DNA of 17,935 nt from a virus (Duplodnaviria; Heunggongvirae; Uroviricota; Caudoviricetes), in the IMG/VR virus record IMGVR_UViG_3300030618_000005; one strand, given 5' to 3'. The notes under the pieces were generated by a model. The model saw only the letters and a list, made by a program, of their open reading frames with translations, searched no databases and was not told the DNA's origin. Positions 14,443-17,935 of the stretch are shown here, in pieces. A program made the translations under genes and the position numbers. Each line of letters begins with the position of its first letter. Position 1 is the stretch's first letter.

Positions 14443-16089
14443 TTGAATAGCGTAATGAATACGTTCCAACTGACGATCATGCTTCAGAAGTATGCTGAGA
14501 CAAAGATCGACGGTTCGAAGGAAACGTGGCCAGAGATAGCATACAGAGTCGCGTACCACGTGCTCAGCGCGGTCGGAGCATCTGAAGAGACCATCCGGCG
14601 CACAGCCCAACTCATCACTGAAATGAAGTTCATCCCCGGAGGCCGGTACCTCTACGCCTCGGGCAAGCCCTTCCATCAGACTCAAAACTGCCTGCTCATG
14701 CGCGTGCTCGATAGCCGCGAAGGGTGGGCAGATCATTTGCACAAGCACGCAATGGGCCTCAGTACCGGCGCGGGCCTAGGCACCAACTACTCACTCATCA
14801 GACCCGAAGGCTCTCCTATCGGGCGCACAGGCGGCGTGGCCAGCGGGCCATTAGCCCTGATGCAGATGACCAACGAATGCGGTCGCGGTCTCAAGCAGGG
14901 CGGCTCACGCCGTTCGGCGCTATGGGCCGGACTCAACTGGTCTCACAAGGACATCTTCAAGTTCATCGCCATGAAGGACTGGACGCCTGAGGTACGAGCG
15001 ATGAAGCTCAAGGACTTCAACTTCCCGGCGACGATGGATGGCACCAACATCTCCGTCTGTCTGGATGACGAGTTCTTCCTAGCTTACGCGGACGAGAATA
15101 ACGAATGCCACCTCTGGGCACAGGATGTGTACTGGCAGACGGTCGAACGTATGCTCCGTACCGCCGAACCCGGCTTCTCCGTTGACACTGGGAAGAACGC
15201 TGGCGAAGACCTACGCAACGCCTGTACCGAAGTCACCTCGGCTGACGATTCTGACATCTGCAACCTTGGCTCGATCAACATGGCCAACATCGCAAATGTC
15301 GGAGAGATGGTAGAGGTCACCCTCCTAGGAACCCATTTCTTGCTGGCTGGCAGCGTCTACAGCGACCTGCCGTACGATAAGGTGGGGGAAGTACGCTCCA
15401 AGAATCGTCGGCTCGGCCTAGGGCTTATGGGGCTTCACGAGTGGATGCTCAAGAAAGGACTACCGTATGGACCCTCAGTCGAACTCGAAGATTACCTGCG
15501 AGTCTACGCGCAGTCAACTGAAATGGCTGCGCGCCAAGCAGACATCTGGGGCATTAGCCGACCTGTCAAGACACGTGCGATTGCACCCACAGGAACCATT
15601 GGTATCCTTGCGGGAACTACGACTGGCATCGAGCCTCTGTTCTGTGCCGCGTACAAACGTCGATACGTCGATGCAAACGTCTGGAAGTATCAGTACGTCC
15701 TAGACCCTGTGGCGAAGCGACTCGTCGAATCCGGCGAGGTTGATCCCGACGCCATTGAGGACGCTTACACACTGGCTCAGGAACCGGAGCGCCGTATCGC
15801 CTTCCAAGCATGGCTCCAGCAGTATGTGGATCACGCCATCAGCTCAACCCTCAACCTCCCCGAGTGGGGAACTAAGTACAACAACGCCGACACGGTGAAG
15901 CCGTTCGGTGACATGCTCATGAAGCATCTGCCGTTCCTGAGGGGCATGACAGTCTACCCTGACGGCGCACGCGGCGGCCAGCCTCTCACAGCAGTCAAGT
16001 GGGCGACGGCCATGAAGCACAAGGACGAGATATTCGTGGAAGCTATGGATATCTGTGAGCTGGGTAAAGGAGGTACGTGTGGGTCATGA
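14443..16089 (+). CDS. nrdJ: Class II (adenosylcobalamin-dependent) ribonucleotide reductase, compact phage type
   Basis: TTG start 6 nt after AAGGAG (alternative ATG at 14455). KFIPGGR, QNC, GGSRRSA, RNACTE (N-x-C-x-E), CNLGSIN, RRLGLG, IAPTGT, GIEP, ISSTLNLP and TVYPDG.R motifs are present, plus a C-terminal Cys pair (ICELGKGGTCG). It lacks the class I YY pair and there is no adjacent beta subunit. Confidence 0.85.
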   Translation: MNSVMNTFQLTIMLQKYAETKIDGSKETWPEIAYRVAYHVLSAVGASEETIRRTAQLITEMKFIPGGRYLYASGKPFHQTQNCLLMRVLDSREGWADHLHKHAMGLSTGAGLGTNYSLIRPEGSPIGRTGGVASGPLALMQMTNECGRGLKQGGSRRSALWAGLNWSHKDIFKFIAMKDWTPEVRAMKLKDFNFPATMDGTNISVCLDDEFFLAYADENNECHLWAQDVYWQTVERMLRTAEPGFSVDTGKNAGEDLRNACTEVTSADDSDICNLGSINMANIANVGEMVEVTLLGTHFLLAGSVYSDLPYDKVGEVRSKNRRLGLGLMGLHEWMLKKGLPYGPSVELEDYLRVYAQSTEMAARQADIWGISRPVKTRAIAPTGTIGILAGTTTGIEPLFCAAYKRRYVDANVWKYQYVLDPVAKRLVESGEVDPDAIEDAYTLAQEPERRIAFQAWLQQYVDHAISSTLNLPEWGTKYNNADTVKPFGDMLMKHLPFLRGMTVYPDGARGGQPLTAVKWATAMKHKDEIFVEAMDICELGKGGTCGS

Positions 16090-16092
16090 TTT

Positions 16093-16101
16093 TGATATAG
16101 T
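16093..16101 (+). promoter_or_regulatory. Possible extended -10 promoter (TGaTATAGT)
   Basis: TG-N-TATAGT just after the nrdJ stop. No recognisable -35. Confidence 0.4.
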
Positions 16102-16122
16102 CCGAGACTAAGACAACCCAGC

Positions 16123-16160
16123 GGGCATCCTTCACGTCTTACTTGACAGGGAGGATGCCC
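16123..16160 (+). promoter_or_regulatory. RNA hairpin sequestering the Shine-Dalgarno of the downstream small ORF
   Basis: GGGCATCCT (16123-16131) is the exact reverse complement of AGGATGCCC (16152-16160), with an inner GTC/GAC stem. The GGGAGGA RBS lies in the 3' arm. Confidence 0.6.
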
Positions 16161-16161
16161 C

Positions 16162-16308
16162 ATGCTGAAGGACATCGCACTATCAGTAATTATGCTGGCT
16201 GGACAGCAGCACACACATCGTCATCAGCCAGATCACTTCCACGTAGCTCCGACTAGATACTGCCACCGCCCACCCACCAGACCAATCAACCTGTACAGAA
16301 GACTTTGA
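16162..16308 (+). CDS. 48-aa His-rich small protein with hydrophobic N-terminus (not in ORF track)
   Basis: MLKDIALSVIMLAGQQHTHRHQPDHFHVAPTRYCHRPPTRPINLYRRL. GGGAGGA RBS about 6 nt upstream; the stop is followed by a terminator. Confidence 0.5.
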   Translation: MLKDIALSVIMLAGQQHTHRHQPDHFHVAPTRYCHRPPTRPINLYRRL

Positions 16309-16317
16309 CACGAAGAA

Positions 16318-16355
16318 GCCCCCATCAGACTAATCATCTGGTGGGGGCCTTTTTT
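16318..16355 (+). terminator. Rho-independent terminator at the convergence of the + and - strand blocks
   Basis: GCCCCCATCAGA-CTAATCA-TCTGGTGGGGGC stem (one G-U pair) followed by CTTTTTT. Confidence 0.85.
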
Positions 16356-16548
16356 ATTTGATCTCCACCGGCTCTCGCTCGTTGTGGAAGTCATACTTGT
16401 GAACCTCGAAGTGGAGCTTGCCTACAACCACCAGCTTCAGGCGCTTGTAGAACTTGTGCCCTTGATTGGCCGGGATGCCAAAGCTCCAGAGCAGACGCCT
16501 AGCGATCCACTCCCGATTGGTCATCCTATCTGGTAATCCTAACGTCAT
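16354..16548 (-). CDS. Small hypothetical protein (64 aa; alternative start 16524)
   Basis: The ORF ends at the convergent terminator. GGAG lies upstream of ATG 16548 and there is a candidate promoter just upstream. Confidence 0.55.
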   Translation of the reverse strand: MTLGLPDRMTNREWIARRLLWSFGIPANQGHKFYKRLKLVVVGKLHFEVHKYDFHNEREPVEIK

Positions 16549-17002
16549 CTCGTTCTGTCTCCATTCCAAGGTACCACCGCCTCAGGTCTCTGTCAAGCTC
16601 TTCATCGGTGTAGGTGTTGTCGTAGACGTGCCGGGTTAGATCGACACGAGGGTAACGCCGGAAGAGCTGGTTGAAGGTCTCGGGCGTCAGGTGTACGAGA
16701 AAGTCCTCCGGGTAGAACTCGGCGTGCTTGGTCCACCAGCCGATCTCCTTCGTCCACCAGTCCCGGTTGGCCTTCCCATAGAAGAGACGCTGCGCCAATT
16801 CAAGCTCTAAAGGGTGGACGTAGAATACCTCCCCATGCGTCTCGAAGGCGTATAGGGCCTCCTGTGCGGTCGTTTTCGACATACAATCCGCCATCCACGG
16901 TGCTTTGACCTTGCGGGACGCGTGCTCCCCTAACGGCGAGGAGCACTTCTCCCACTCAAGGTAGATGTCGCAGGCGGCTAGGAACTTGGCGCTAAGCTTC
17001 AA
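16526..17002 (-). CDS. Hypothetical protein (158 aa, Trp/aromatic-rich)
   Basis: TTG start with GGAGAG RBS. Protein-like composition, packed between neighbouring ORFs. No family recognised. Confidence 0.65.
   Translation of the reverse strand: MKLSAKFLAACDIYLEWEKCSSPLGEHASRKVKAPWMADCMSKTTAQEALYAFETHGEVFYVHPLELELAQRLFYGKANRDWWTKEIGWWTKHAEFYPEDFLVHLTPETFNQLFRRYPRVDLTRHVYDNTYTDEELDRDLRRWYLGMETERDDVRITR
16568..16596 (-). promoter_or_regulatory. Possible sigma70-type promoter (TTGACA-N14-TGg-TACCTT)
   Basis: Perfect -35, 17-nt spacer ending in an extended-10 TG-N, and -10 TACCTT. It points at the last gene of the - strand block. Confidence 0.45.
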
Positions 17003-17159
17003 GCTGCTCTCCGCTCAGGGTGCCCCTCTGCGCAGCGGAGATGGTCTTGTAGCCCTCGCGGTAGTAGACACAGCTCCAGTTCTGGTAGTAACGCCGCGAC
17101 CAGTTCTTAGGGCCTTCCCGGTGGAAGACCCATCCTTCTTCGATTCGATACTCAGGCAC
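16992..17159 (-). CDS. 55-aa aromatic-rich hypothetical protein (not in ORF track)
   Basis: GTG start after GAAAGGT: MPEYRIEEGWVFHREGPKNWSRRYYQNWSCVYYREGYKTISAAQRGTLSGEQLEA. It tiles between its neighbours with short overlaps. Confidence 0.6.
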   Translation of the reverse strand: MPEYRIEEGWVFHREGPKNWSRRYYQNWSCVYYREGYKTISAAQRGTLSGEQLEA

Positions 17160-17298
17160 GGTGACCTTTCACGAGGTAGATGTGCGCTCCCTCGGCTATG
17201 ATGCAGGCTGCAACACAAATGACCACCGTCTGAGGACTCACGAGGAGTGCCGCCAGAACAATGGCCACAACGATACAGACTATGCGTGTGAATGACAT
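17152..17298 (-). CDS. 48-aa two-TM membrane protein, holin-like (not in ORF track)
   Basis: AAGAGG RBS: MSFTRIVCIVVAIVLAALLVSPQTVVICVAACIIAEGAHIYLVKGHRA. Two hydrophobic helices joined by an SPQ turn, with a basic tail. Confidence 0.65.
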   Translation of the reverse strand: MSFTRIVCIVVAIVLAALLVSPQTVVICVAACIIAEGAHIYLVKGHRA

Positions 17299-17307
17299 TT
17301 GAGCCTC

Positions 17308-17460
17308 TTAGAACCCGTAGGACTCTAGCTGCTCCGCTAGATCGGTGAGTGCTTCGCTAAGGACAGAAGCCACGGCCTCGAACTCTCGATGACCGTGGAA
17401 TAGGTTGACTTCAAATTGTCCGGTAGTTGTGTTGTACCGGATTGTGATCTCGTTCTCCAA
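17308..17460 (-). CDS. 50-aa protein with HicB-like beta-beta-beta-alpha pattern (not in ORF track)
   Basis: TTG start after AGGAGG: MENEITIRYNTTTGQFEVNLFHGHREFEAVASVLSEALTDLAEQLESYGF. It fills the gap after the lysozyme stop exactly. Confidence 0.65.
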   Translation of the reverse strand: MENEITIRYNTTTGQFEVNLFHGHREFEAVASVLSEALTDLAEQLESYGF

Positions 17461-17468
17461 TCGCCCTC

Positions 17469-17921
17469 CTAGGCGTTCGGGTTACCTTCAAACTCTTCTG
17501 ACTCAGCCTCGCGTCGGTTCTCAAGGCCACGGTTTACTTGTCCCTTCACGAACACCCAGCGTTTGAACTGGGCATCAGCCTCGACGTAATCCTTACGGTT
17601 CAGCGCCTTCAGCATCTCGGAAGTTCGAAAAGCAGTTACTCCTATGTTGTACACGAAATCGACCAGAGCGTCAAACTGTAATTGCGTAAGCGGTACGTTG
17701 ACGTAATCGTTGACTGCGTTCTGGGCCACTAGGGTATCGTGGTTGAGCCAGTTCTCCGCCTGTTCCTTCGTACAGACCTGACCGGGGTAGACATCCTGCC
17801 CAGTGTGTCCGTACCCAATGCTCCAGACCTTACCTTGGTCCTGATACGCTACGAGCTTCAGTGCCTCGCGTCGTTCTGTTGCGTACAACCCCTGAGGGTC
17901 GTAGGTCATTCTAATGTTCAT
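17469..17921 (-). CDS. GH24 (T4-lysozyme-like) muramidase / endolysin
   Basis: AAGGAG RBS. E-x8-D-x5-S then IGYGHT, QFDALVDFVYNIG, F..W and GL..RR..E motifs. No N-terminal SAR/TM segment. Confidence 0.92.
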   Translation of the reverse strand: MNIRMTYDPQGLYATERREALKLVAYQDQGKVWSIGYGHTGQDVYPGQVCTKEQAENWLNHDTLVAQNAVNDYVNVPLTQLQFDALVDFVYNIGVTAFRTSEMLKALNRKDYVEADAQFKRWVFVKGQVNRGLENRREAESEEFEGNPNA

Positions 17922-17935
17922 GATTCTCCTTTACT

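Noticed and set aside
39-16214. Numerous antisense and alternate-frame ORFs in the track (e.g. 10590-11204, 4809-5273, 12159-12575, 14359-14748)
   Set aside because: They fully overlap well-supported genes, lack RBSs or recognisable motifs, and are expected shadows in GC-rich coding DNA.
16143-16310. TTGACA hexamers at 16143 and 16305 (also 10603, 15182) as promoters
   Set aside because: No acceptable -10 at 16-18 nt spacing.
17015-17218. 67-aa - strand and 78-aa + strand track ORFs
   Set aside because: They are shadow frames. The region is better tiled by the 55-aa and 48-aa - strand ORFs, which have RBSs.
1-17935. tRNA, rRNA, integrase, transposase, introns or inteins (including within nrdJ)
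   Set aside because: No cloverleaf, recombinase or transposase motifs were seen. NrdJ motifs are contiguous with no insertion.

Overview
A gene-dense window from a tailed (probably podovirus-like) bacteriophage genome. The + strand runs: a 5'-truncated tail fibre/spike; a GNAT-like small protein; three large low-complexity internal-virion (DNA ejection-type) proteins; a lysis-like cassette (divergent SleB/Hydrolase_2-like protein plus two membrane proteins); and an accessory/nucleotide-metabolism block (HNH-associated-repeat + metallophosphoesterase fusion, DUF5664-type dATP/dGTP diphosphohydrolase, HNH endonuclease, a nonapeptide-repeat microprotein, DUF1643, a two-anchor coiled-coil protein, compact class II ribonucleotide reductase). 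It converges at a terminator near 16.3 kb with a - strand block of small genes headed by a GH24 lysozyme. Reading the DNA directly revealed four small ORFs absent from the ORF track plus a 12-codon uORF, three near-identical TTGACA-N17-TACA(C/G)T promoters and two strong terminators. The most striking unexplained signals are: (i) an identical MSQPNGQ N-terminus, encoded with different synonymous codons, on two unrelated ejection proteins next to a GNAT-like gene; (ii) a 72-aa protein ending in five exact 9-residue [KQR]FNP repeats; (iii) a possible single-chain spanin with hydrophobic anchors at both ends; (iv) an RBS-sequestered His-rich 48-aa ORF in its own mini transcription unit. All family assignments come from motif recognition by eye; no database searches were run.
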